A stretch of 30,918 nt of DNA from a virus (IMGVR_UViG_3300016476_001350:1-30918); one strand, 5' to 3'. Positions 19,156 to 27,287 are shown, counted from the first letter of the stretch. Numbers and translations: made by a program. Notes: generated by a model from the sequence alone, not told the origin.

Positions 19156-19386
19156 TTACAATCCGCCCATTTCAGGTGCTGGAGTTGGTGGAGCATACAT
19201 TTTTCTAACAAACGCCATTTCTTGCTCGTGCTCTAAAGCACGCATATCATTCATCTTACGCAAGCGATTAATTTGAGCCAATGTTAAACGAGTTTTACGA
19301 CTATCTTCATACTTAGGTATAGAATTATCTCTAGATAAATCTTGCATCTCTTCAGGTTGTTTAGCGAATAATTCGTTTAAAATCAT
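19156..19386 (-). CDS. Small head-module protein (76 aa; start reassigned to MILNELF)
   Basis: GGAG RBS precedes the ATG at 19386 and TTAAATA lies at 19403-19409. Positioned between portal and core genes. Motif DSRKTRLTL.QINRLRKM. Confidence 0.6.
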   Translation of the reverse strand: MILNELFAKQPEEMQDLSRDNSIPKYEDSRKTRLTLAQINRLRKMNDMRALEHEQEMAFVRKMYAPPTPAPEMGGL

Positions 19387-19411
19387 TGTAGTCTCCAAAT
19401 ACTATTTAACG

Positions 19412-21169
19412 TTAAGCCCCAGTTGGACCGGGTAAACCACCAGCACCAGCAGGAACACCAGCAGCGGGACTACCCATTGTTGGTTCAGCGCCAGGTACTC
19501 CGCCCTCTGCACCAGGTAATCCTTCAGCGCCTGGCAACCCTTCTTCACCTTCAAGTCCTTCAATTCCTTCAATATCACCTGAAATATCTCCTGGAGTAAT
19601 ACCAACATTGCGTAGATCAGTGCCTTCAACGTTTGGTGCTGCATCTGTACCAGCTTCTTCTTTCCACAACTTTTCGTTCTCTTTCATTTCAATCTCAGTA
19701 AGTCCAAGATATTTCTTGAGAACAAAACGTTTGCTTAAGTATGGAACTTCTGCTACTTGACCAAAATTACTAATACGACTAGCATCTAGATCAATTGATC
19801 TATAAGCAGCAAAGTTAAGAGGTTCACTTAATTTTAATTCAAATAAACTGTTGTCAACATTAAACCCACGCCATTGTAAGAATAATTTAAATTCACGATC
19901 TAAGTTACCTGCGATAAGTGTTTGCAATCCTTTGCAGTAGTTGTTGAATCTATTTTCTTGTATAAGTGCTGTAGTAACTTTGCCATCTGTGTAGGCCATA
20001 GTACCGTCGTCAGAACCAGTAGGCAAGTAGCTACTAGGGATCCTAAGACCTCTAAGCAACTTATTATTAAAATAACGTAAGTCATCAATTTGTCCTAAAT
20101 TTTCACCGCCTGGTAATGTCTCAACTTTAGAGCCACGACCTTCTGCTGTTTGCGGGAAGAAGTAGTCTTCATTGATGCTTAGCGGATTATACGTTGCATC
20201 CATAATGTTTTGTCCTCCACCAGTTAGTGTAGGTATTCTACGCTGATGAATTTCATTTTTAACACGTTCAACAAACTGCATAGCTAAGTGACTTGGCATA
20301 TTACCAGTATCAATATAAAATACTCTGCGTTCAGGAGCACGTTGAACTCTGTAAATTAAAATAGCATCTTCAAGCAATTCTTTTTGCTTATAGACTTTAA
20401 AAATGTTTTCTAATATGCTTATTCCAAAAGGCCAATTAGGATCTAAACCACTTGTTAAGCTAAGATGCATTATATTTTTTGCATCAATTGCACGTTCATT
20501 TTGTGCATTAGTAAAGCGTGAACCGCCAGTATATGGTTGATTAGGTAATGTATAACTGCCTGTTGGTCCACCAGTTTGCGGTGCTCTAATGTAGACATCG
20601 TTAGCTGTGTTAGTCGTAGCAGTCAAGTTCATAAAGTTAGGACTGAGATCTTTAATGAAATACATCTCAGGTTCTTTTCCATCGCTTTCGTTTACTACAA
20701 TCTTAGTAAGTTTAGCCATGTCAATCCAGTACAATTGAAATGTTTCTGGATCACGAATAAACACTTGATCACCATACTTTAACACGTTGCGTATCATTTT
20801 TGTGATACGTTTTTCCATTTCGTTTAAGTTGTACCAAGCTTTTAATTGCTCAGTAATGATATCATTTTCAGTTTTTGTAGGTTTATCTTTGTAATCAATA
20901 GTAAATGCAGTTTTAGTATCTTCTGTAGTTTGTGTACAAAAGTCTGCAATAATATCTAGAGCAGCATTAATTTCTGGATCCGTGTCCATGTTTTCGTACT
21001 GTGTATAACGTTCAATACGATTTGGATGTCCTGTATAAACATCTGGTAATGTACTGCCGTAATTCTTGTAACCAAATTCTGGCATAACGCCAGCATTATT
21101 ACTTCCACCACCTAAAGGGCTAAATCTTCCGTCTGTATTTGGTGTTCTAAAGTGCTTTTTATAAGCCAT
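19412..21169 (-). CDS. gp20: Portal vertex protein (T4 gp20 family)
   Basis: LLEDAILIYRVQRAPERRVFYIDTGNMP, EDYFFP..EGRGSKVETLPGGENLGQIDD.RYF..KL.RGL.IP.S. AATAAATA at 21188-21195. Confidence 0.97.
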   Translation of the reverse strand: MAYKKHFRTPNTDGRFSPLGGGSNNAGVMPEFGYKNYGSTLPDVYTGHPNRIERYTQYENMDTDPEINAALDIIADFCTQTTEDTKTAFTIDYKDKPTKTENDIITEQLKAWYNLNEMEKRITKMIRNVLKYGDQVFIRDPETFQLYWIDMAKLTKIVVNESDGKEPEMYFIKDLSPNFMNLTATTNTANDVYIRAPQTGGPTGSYTLPNQPYTGGSRFTNAQNERAIDAKNIMHLSLTSGLDPNWPFGISILENIFKVYKQKELLEDAILIYRVQRAPERRVFYIDTGNMPSHLAMQFVERVKNEIHQRRIPTLTGGGQNIMDATYNPLSINEDYFFPQTAEGRGSKVETLPGGENLGQIDDLRYFNNKLLRGLRIPSSYLPTGSDDGTMAYTDGKVTTALIQENRFNNYCKGLQTLIAGNLDREFKLFLQWRGFNVDNSLFELKLSEPLNFAAYRSIDLDASRISNFGQVAEVPYLSKRFVLKKYLGLTEIEMKENEKLWKEEAGTDAAPNVEGTDLRNVGITPGDISGDIEGIEGLEGEEGLPGAEGLPGAEGGVPGAEPTMGSPAAGVPAGAGGLPGPTGA

Positions 21170-21195
21170 TGCTGTTCCTCGATGTAGTATTTATT

Positions 21196-23472
21196 TTATA
21201 CAGCAAGCCTATTTGCTTGACGTTGCTCATGTACAAGTTTTTCAAAATTTGAATTCATATTTGCAATTTGTGAATTTAATCCTGCAATAAGGGATGCTTG
21301 TCCTTCATTCACTTTTAATAAGTTTTGCAGTACTCTGCTGTTATCTAACATTACACCGGATATTTCAAGACCTAACTTACCATCAGATCCTCGTTTTGCT
21401 GGTGCTACAATTTCATCGCTTGCTTCGGCAACTGTTACTATTTTGCCGCCTGGTCTATAAGGGAATATATCTCCCCTTGCTTGGGCTGGTGCAATAACAT
21501 CCTGTGGATCCTCTGCTTGTCGAGGTTCAGCAGCTACAGGTCGTGCTCTAGATGAAATGTCTTGATTTTCTTGTAGATATATTTCTTTGTCCGATTGTAG
21601 CAATTTGTTAGCTTTTGCATCTTTTATATAATCTGCGGTTATCTTCATATATTCAAGAAATTGCTCATCTGTTGCATTGTCTCTTCCCGTTCCAAAAAAA
21701 TCTTCTAAGGCATCACCTGCAAGTGCTAACCCTGAATATTTTTGAAAAGCCGTTAGTATTCCAGAAATGCCACCTTCGTCGATAAGTTGATTCCTAGTCT
21801 CTTCACGCAATGCTCTAACCATATCATCGCGTTCTTCATCACCAACTAAATTAGGATTAACAACAAACTTGTTTAAAGTCTCAACTAATTTGTCTTCTCT
21901 TTCAGGAGAAGTTTCAATTCTAATTAAATCCGCTGCTGCATTTATTTTTGTAACTAATTTTTCTAATGCATCTGACATCATTGGACCAGCAAGTGTTGCA
22001 ATAGATATAGCAACTTTTGACTGTATCACTGATAGCTGTTGTTTAGTTGCTTCTAAATTAACTATACCAGTAGTAATTTCATCTCTTGTAGTTTTAGCAG
22101 CAACCATATTTGCTTCTAAATCTTCAATACTTGTTTTTATTAGTTGCCCTGTTCCAAGAATTTGTTCGTGTACTCTTTCAAATTCTGTGAGATTCTTTGC
22201 GCCTAATGCACTATAATAAGCGTACTCTGAAGTCCTTAACGCTGCTGCCTTTAGGGCTTCATCTGGAATATTAGTAAGTGCTGTTACTATGCCTTTTTGT
22301 GCTTCTTCAGTAGAAAGTTGACCAGCTCTTAATTTATCTCTATAATCGCGTAATAGAGCAGCCACTTCAGGATTTGCTTGCTCCCACAGTGCTGTTTGCC
22401 CATCAAGCGCAGTTCCAACATCAGTATTATATTGTGACCAAAGTTTTGCTGCTTGTGGACCAAGTGTATCACCTACTATAGAGCTAATATTACCAAAAGC
22501 AGTAAATGCACCTTCAACTTCATTATTTTGTAGTTTTAATAGATAATTTTGATTTAACGCTTCAGATGCCGCAGCACGCGATGCTTCTTTTCTAGCTTTA
22601 GCATCTTTGCCGGTTATGTCAGCAATAATTCTTAAATTTTTTGCATAGTCTGCTGTTCTTTGTTGCACTTCCGCTGATGACATATTACTTAAAGTACCAC
22701 CAGTATATGTGATTGATTCTGCAAAATCTGTTAAGATGTTAGGTATTTCTTCTGTAGAGTATCCTAATCTATTAAATTGCTCTTCTGCACCAATTACTTG
22801 TTTTCTTAAACTTAGAATTTGCATACTTCCTGCTTTTGCAGATCCGCCAATTAGACGTAATGCATCTGAATTCTCAGTTACTAACTTAGTATATTGCCCA
22901 ATAGTAATACCTGATTCAAGAACTTGATTACTAAAAGTTGCTACGCCTTCCCCAAGTATTACACCTGATTGTGCTAATTCCTGTGTACGTTGACTAAATG
23001 TTTCTAACGCGCCAATTGCTGCACCGCCAACAAAAGAAATTCCTTCTAATACTGTACCAACACCGGCAGCTGCTGGCGCTAATGCAGGTGCAAGTGCTGC
23101 AATACCTTTTAATCCATCTTGTATTATTTGAACTGAACTTTCTAAAATTTGTTCAGGATTGATATTGCTAAATCCGTCAGCTAACGATTTTGCATGCCAT
23201 TTAAATTCAGAAGAAAGATTTCCAAATTCTTTGCGTGTTGATTTTGATGAAGTAGCTAATTCTTCTAATCCATCAGATGTTGTGCTGCTCGAACGATTTA
23301 AATCTTCAAGCCCGTCAGTTGAAGCAGATATTCCTCTTTCAATAGAAGAAATAGTTTTAGTACTTACTTTACTATTGAGTTCTGTAACTTGCAGAAGTCG
23401 ACGTAGAGTTTCTTCCTCTGCGGCATTATAAAACTCAACTTCTTCTTTACCAATTTTGCCTCTAACTGACAT
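21196..23472 (-). CDS. Tape-measure-like protein (758 aa; start reassigned to MSVRGK)
   Basis: Long helical A/S/L-rich protein with a glycine-rich hydrophobic stretch and C-terminal ARGDI...GG..VTVAEASDEIVAP motif. The ORF-track start at 23517 lies upstream of the TATAAATA promoter, so the ATG at 23472 is preferred. Confidence 0.6.
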   Translation of the reverse strand: MSVRGKIGKEEVEFYNAAEEETLRRLLQVTELNSKVSTKTISSIERGISASTDGLEDLNRSSSTTSDGLEELATSSKSTRKEFGNLSSEFKWHAKSLADGFSNINPEQILESSVQIIQDGLKGIAALAPALAPAAAGVGTVLEGISFVGGAAIGALETFSQRTQELAQSGVILGEGVATFSNQVLESGITIGQYTKLVTENSDALRLIGGSAKAGSMQILSLRKQVIGAEEQFNRLGYSTEEIPNILTDFAESITYTGGTLSNMSSAEVQQRTADYAKNLRIIADITGKDAKARKEASRAAASEALNQNYLLKLQNNEVEGAFTAFGNISSIVGDTLGPQAAKLWSQYNTDVGTALDGQTALWEQANPEVAALLRDYRDKLRAGQLSTEEAQKGIVTALTNIPDEALKAAALRTSEYAYYSALGAKNLTEFERVHEQILGTGQLIKTSIEDLEANMVAAKTTRDEITTGIVNLEATKQQLSVIQSKVAISIATLAGPMMSDALEKLVTKINAAADLIRIETSPEREDKLVETLNKFVVNPNLVGDEERDDMVRALREETRNQLIDEGGISGILTAFQKYSGLALAGDALEDFFGTGRDNATDEQFLEYMKITADYIKDAKANKLLQSDKEIYLQENQDISSRARPVAAEPRQAEDPQDVIAPAQARGDIFPYRPGGKIVTVAEASDEIVAPAKRGSDGKLGLEISGVMLDNSRVLQNLLKVNEGQASLIAGLNSQIANMNSNFEKLVHEQRQANRLAV

Positions 23473-23482
23473 AATATGCTCA

Positions 23483-23512
23483 CATAAATATAGATATACA
23501 CAAATATTTATA
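23483..23512. promoter_or_regulatory. Pair of face-to-face late promoters serving divergent genes
   Basis: CATAAATA on + (23483-23490) for the gp26-like gene, and a perfect TATAAATA on - (23505-23512) for the tape-measure-like gene. Confidence 0.75.
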
Positions 23513-23531
23513 GTCAAAAATAAGGATCAAA

Positions 23532-24365
23532 ATGTCAGCGTTAACAAAACACTTTAGACAACCAAAATTGTTTATTCAGCTACCAAGCAATGGAAAATGG
23601 TGGCCTGCAGGATCAATAAATTTGCCAGACAATAAAGAAATGCCCGTATTAAGTATGACAGGAAAAGACGACTTATTACTTAAAAATGCTGATGCGTTAA
23701 TGAACGGCAGTGCTACTGTTGATATGATTCAAAGTTGTTGCCCAAATATAAAAAATGCATGGGACATTCCTAGACCAGACTTAGATTACATTTTATTAGC
23801 AATAAGAATAGCAACGTATGGCCCAAACTTAAAATTAGAAAGCAAGTGTCCACATTGCAATTCCGTAAATGATAATGAAATTGATTGTCGTTGGATTATG
23901 GAAAATATACAGCAACCTGATTGGGAAAAGATGGCTACTATCAATGATCTTTCTTTTGAGTTAAGACCACTTAATTTTAAACAGATTAACTCATTTAATA
24001 TAGATAGTTACGAAGAAAATCGAATGATCCAACAACTATCGCAAGAGAATCTTACAACTGAGAAACGATCAGAAATAATATCCAACACAATGAGGAAAAT
24101 TGCAAAAAATGTTAATGAACGTTTAGCTCATAGTATTGCAGCAATTATTACTCCTGAATATGAAAAAGTATCAAATCATCTTGAGATTGCTGCGTTTATA
24201 ACGCAAGCAGATAAAGAAATGTTTGACAAGATTAAAAATATGATTAATGACTACGTATCAAGTTATAAATTACCAAAGTTAAATGCACAGTGCGAAAGTT
24301 GCTCAAAAACATACGAAACCTCAATTGATTTTGATCCTTCAAATTTTTTCGCACCAGGCTATTGA
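23532..24365 (+). CDS. gp26: Baseplate hub/tail assembly protein (T4 gp26-like)
   Basis: FRQPKLFIQLPS.G, DLDYILLAIRIATYG, two CxxC motifs (CPHC, CESC), and a C-terminus ..NFF. AAGGA RBS. Confidence 0.75.
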   Translation: MSALTKHFRQPKLFIQLPSNGKWWPAGSINLPDNKEMPVLSMTGKDDLLLKNADALMNGSATVDMIQSCCPNIKNAWDIPRPDLDYILLAIRIATYGPNLKLESKCPHCNSVNDNEIDCRWIMENIQQPDWEKMATINDLSFELRPLNFKQINSFNIDSYEENRMIQQLSQENLTTEKRSEIISNTMRKIAKNVNERLAHSIAAIITPEYEKVSNHLEIAAFITQADKEMFDKIKNMINDYVSSYKLPKLNAQCESCSKTYETSIDFDPSNFFAPGY

Positions 24366-24580
24366 CATTAGATAACGATCAGGTAATAAAATATCTTGAT
24401 GGTCTGGATAAAGAATCGTTATCACTCAAAGAAGATTTATTAAAAATGTGTTGGTATATGCGCGGTGGTTTATCTTATGATGATGCATTCTTACTTGATT
24501 ATCAAGAAAGAGAGTTGATATCTAATCTAATTAAAGAAAATATGGAAACAACCAAAAAGTCAGGATTGCCATTCTTCTAA
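24362..24580 (+). CDS. gp51-like baseplate assembly chaperone; possibly expressed as a -1 frameshift extension of the upstream gene
   Basis: WYMRGGLSYDDAFLL..QERELI resembles the gp51-type/GT-type helical extension. Only a TTG start, with no visible SD. Frame is open from 24335. Confidence 0.6.
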   Translation: MTLDNDQVIKYLDGLDKESLSLKEDLLKMCWYMRGGLSYDDAFLLDYQERELISNLIKENMETTKKSGLPFF

Positions 24581-25572
24581 TGTACAATATACATTGTCAA
24601 TGGCATCCACTCAAGAAGTGTATTGTTGGTAGAACTTATTATTCAAATTTCTTTGCCGATATTCCTGCTGCGGATGCACTAGCTAAAGTATGTGAAGAAA
24701 CAGAAGAAGATTTACAAAATCTCGTTGGCATCTTGCATCACTTTAACGTTGAAGTTATTCGCCCAAATTTAGATATCAATGATAAATTTATCAATTACGT
24801 CAATGTACCAAGACCTCCAATTGCACCTAGAGATTCACTGATAGTAATTGATAACAAAATTTATGAATTTGGGTTAGATCATCCAAGCATTAAAAAATGT
24901 ATTAATGACGACGTTAAATCATGTCCTTTTACTAGACATAGAAAAACAACTTTTAATCTAGCAACACCGTCCATAACTCAATTAGGAAAAGATATTTTGA
25001 TTGATACAAAATGTTTTACTAGTTGGGAAATACAATGGTTACAAAAACAATTACCAACACACAGAATAAACACGATATCAATTGGCGGTCACAATGACGG
25101 TAGTTTTATAATTTTAAAACCAGGTGTAATACTAAGTTTATCAAAGACAGTTGATTGGAAAACATTTTTCTCAAATTGGGATGTTATGGAAATTGATAGC
25201 GATGAAAATGAGTGGTTTACCGAGAGAAAAACTAATCAAGCTACGTGGTGGATACCTGGACAAGAAAATAACAACGCCCTAAAAGATTTTGTAAACAAGT
25301 GGTTAAATGATTGGGTAGGAAATATATCAGAAACAGTATTCAGTATCAATGCATTAATCATAGATGAAAAACATGTTGTTATCAATACACCAAGACAAGA
25401 TGTCATAAATTTTTTAAAGAAACACGATATAGAAGCAATTGTATGTCCTCAGAGACATCAATACTTTTGGGATAACGGAATACATTGCATGACACTTGAT
25501 TTATATCGAGAAGGAGAATTATTTGATCTTTTTCCAACTCGTGAAACACCATTTATGTGTAATAGATATTAA
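24580..25572 (+). CDS. Amidinotransferase-family (pentein) enzyme
   Basis: W.PLKKCIVGR, ETEEDL..L, PRD, GHNDG and C-terminal GIHCMTLD retain the Asp/His/Cys catalytic pattern of glycine/inosamine amidinotransferases. TAATG overlap with the upstream ORF. Confidence 0.8.
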   Translation: MYNIHCQWHPLKKCIVGRTYYSNFFADIPAADALAKVCEETEEDLQNLVGILHHFNVEVIRPNLDINDKFINYVNVPRPPIAPRDSLIVIDNKIYEFGLDHPSIKKCINDDVKSCPFTRHRKTTFNLATPSITQLGKDILIDTKCFTSWEIQWLQKQLPTHRINTISIGGHNDGSFIILKPGVILSLSKTVDWKTFFSNWDVMEIDSDENEWFTERKTNQATWWIPGQENNNALKDFVNKWLNDWVGNISETVFSINALIIDEKHVVINTPRQDVINFLKKHDIEAIVCPQRHQYFWDNGIHCMTLDLYREGELFDLFPTRETPFMCNRY

Positions 25573-25577
25573 TACTA

Positions 25578-25650
25578 TATTGTTGAGATGTACTACGTAC
25601 ATCTGTTCTGCGTGTTTACTTCGTAAACACTTGAACATTTTCTCATCAAT
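25578..25650. other. Branched inverted-repeat element with two triloop hairpins
   Basis: AGATGTAC-TAC-GTACATCT (25586-25604) and GTGTTTAC-TTC-GTAAACAC (25612-25630), the latter extended by TGTTC/GAACA. Confidence 0.7.
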
Positions 25651-25679
25651 TAATTTATAAACACAGTAAAAACAGTACT

Positions 25680-26170
25680 TCTATACGACTTAACCGCTTA
25701 AGCGACTTAAAGTATTCATCTAGATATGATGTCATACTTTTCCTGGAAACAGGAAAAGTATAGGAGGTCTTCATCTGAGTACTCCGACATACTGTGTTAC
25801 AGGAGATTTACAATGTTTATTGTAGCGGAGGCGGTCACCCGGTACCCCCTACTCCAGCTTTATGTGACGGAACTTCAACACGCCTTAACAAGCAAACGTG
25901 TATCTTAGTTGCGGTTGTATCTTTTTCACAGAGCCGCGATCATTTAGCCTAAAGTTAGAAGAACGCTTTGCGCTCTTCGTTAGCCTTACTGTGCCCAGCG
26001 TGACAATATCGGGGTGTCACCAACCTTCACGTAGTTCGGATGAAGGGCTATATAGCCTAATTTTAGCCTAAATGTGTGCTGTATCGAGTGAGAATTTATT
26101 GAGCCAGGGTCTTAATTTGTGAGCTATTGAGATGCCATAATGCAGTGTGTAACATACGTGTTATAAACAT
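25680..26170 (-). ncRNA. Candidate large structured non-coding RNA of unrecognised family; boundaries approximate
   Basis: No credible ORF, GC-richer than flanks, and at least seven stems. Several mismatches become G-U pairs on the minus strand. Directly downstream of the GIY-YIG gene. Confidence 0.5.
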
Positions 26171-27238
26171 TTATGTCAATTTTTTCTTACAGTTGTCAAA
26201 GTGATAGCGCAACATATTTCCTCTTCCGCCAGTTTTTTTGCAATGAGGACAAGTAACAGTTGACATTTTTTTGCCTTTGGCTGATTGAGACATGCGCTTT
26301 CGAGTCTCCTCAGATCGTTTAAGTCCTCGAACAGAATCTCCGACATTTTTCTTCCACTGTTCTTTTTCTTCTTCAGTCATGTTATAATGACATGGTTTGC
26401 CGTACATAGCATTATCTTTACCAACTCTTTTTCCTTTGTTGGCTTTTGATATTTTTTCACGTACTTCTTTTGGCCTAGGTTTACCATATCCAGGATGATC
26501 TTCGCCACTATAATGAAACGCTTCTGATAGTTTTTTCTTAATTAACGCGGCTTTCTCAAGCCCATATACTTCCTCAAAAGTCTTGCCTTTATTAAATGGT
26601 TCAACACCGTGCATTGGGTTGTTTTCTCCTACAAAATGGTCAGCTATCCATTGCTCATATTCTTTAGGAGTTTTGCACTTATTTTTCCATTGGTTTTTTT
26701 GGAGATTGTTTTCTAGCCAATCATTGAGTTCGTGACTTGATAGTTTGTGCATCCAATGTGTTTTTCCATCAGCGTACATTTCAAGCATCTTTTTTTGTAT
26801 GCGTAATCGGGTTTCTTCACTGTGTTCAGCAGGCGGAAGAAACTTAACGCTGTTAATTGCTTTGTTAAAATATTTTCGCTGGCCAGACGGAAGCAAAGTT
26901 CTAAGAACGTCTTCAGTAATCTGACGTTGCACTTCAGCGTAATGCAACGATCCTTTTGATTTGTGGAGAGTCAATATTTCAAACTTATAGTTTGCTTTGC
27001 CTTTCACAGCAATAGCTTCGTTTAATTCAGTTGAAGATCCAGTGTATTCACGCCAGTCAGATTCAGACCGAACATGCTTTTTATTTTTTCGATTTTTAAT
27101 TACTTTACGGCGAAGTTTTGTAAATTGCTTCTTGCCGATATACTCTCGCCCAGAATCTAACTCTGTAATGCGATATATAAATCCATACCATTCAGCAGGA
27201 TTAAATTCGTTTTGATATTCCCAATGACCAAGGTCCAT
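26171..27238 (-). CDS. GIY-YIG endonuclease with NUMOD3 repeats and C-terminal zinc-finger-like motif (Seg-like)
   Basis: GFIY..(10)..YIG, WREYTGSS, F.FEIL. NUMOD3-like HSEETRLRI, RPKEVREKISKANKGK, RSEETRKRMSQSAKGK. CPHC...HFDNC at the C-terminus. Confidence 0.85.
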   Translation of the reverse strand: MDLGHWEYQNEFNPAEWYGFIYRITELDSGREYIGKKQFTKLRRKVIKNRKNKKHVRSESDWREYTGSSTELNEAIAVKGKANYKFEILTLHKSKGSLHYAEVQRQITEDVLRTLLPSGQRKYFNKAINSVKFLPPAEHSEETRLRIQKKMLEMYADGKTHWMHKLSSHELNDWLENNLQKNQWKNKCKTPKEYEQWIADHFVGENNPMHGVEPFNKGKTFEEVYGLEKAALIKKKLSEAFHYSGEDHPGYGKPRPKEVREKISKANKGKRVGKDNAMYGKPCHYNMTEEEKEQWKKNVGDSVRGLKRSEETRKRMSQSAKGKKMSTVTCPHCKKTGGRGNMLRYHFDNCKKKLT

Positions 27239-27239
27239 A

Positions 27240-27281
27240 AAATGCTCCGATATTGTATTTATTTATAATATCGGAGCATTT
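27240..27281 (-). promoter_or_regulatory. RBS-sequestering hairpin containing a late promoter
   Basis: Perfect 15-bp inverted repeat (27240-27254/27267-27281). TATAAATA at 27260-27267 on the minus strand. GGAG SD lies in the ATG-proximal arm. Confidence 0.85.
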
Positions 27282-27287
27282 ATTGGA

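Noticed and set aside
19402-19644. 80-aa alternative-frame ORF over the portal 3' end
   Set aside because: By-product of the low-complexity portal tail, with no RBS or slippery site noticed.
3171-23431. Many plus-strand ORFs antisense to the structural genes (e.g. 3171-3536, 6144-6434, 10165-10533, 15465-15761, 16917-17333, 21869-22216)
   Set aside because: They are shadows of strongly biased sense-strand codons, with no RBS or recognisable motifs, and lie fully inside well-supported genes.
25726-25908. 60-aa plus-strand ORF in the structured region
   Set aside because: No SD, atypical composition, and it runs through strong hairpins. More likely incidental.
25572-26170. tRNA, tmRNA, RNase P RNA or hammerhead ribozyme
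   Set aside because: No TTCGA T-loop with acceptor stem, no GAGGAAAGTCC and no CTGATGA core on either strand by eye. A covariance search is still needed.
25572-27281. Group I or group II intron carrying the GIY-YIG ORF
   Set aside because: No interrupted host gene, since flanking ORFs are complete and convergent. I could not find group I P7 core elements or a group II domain V.
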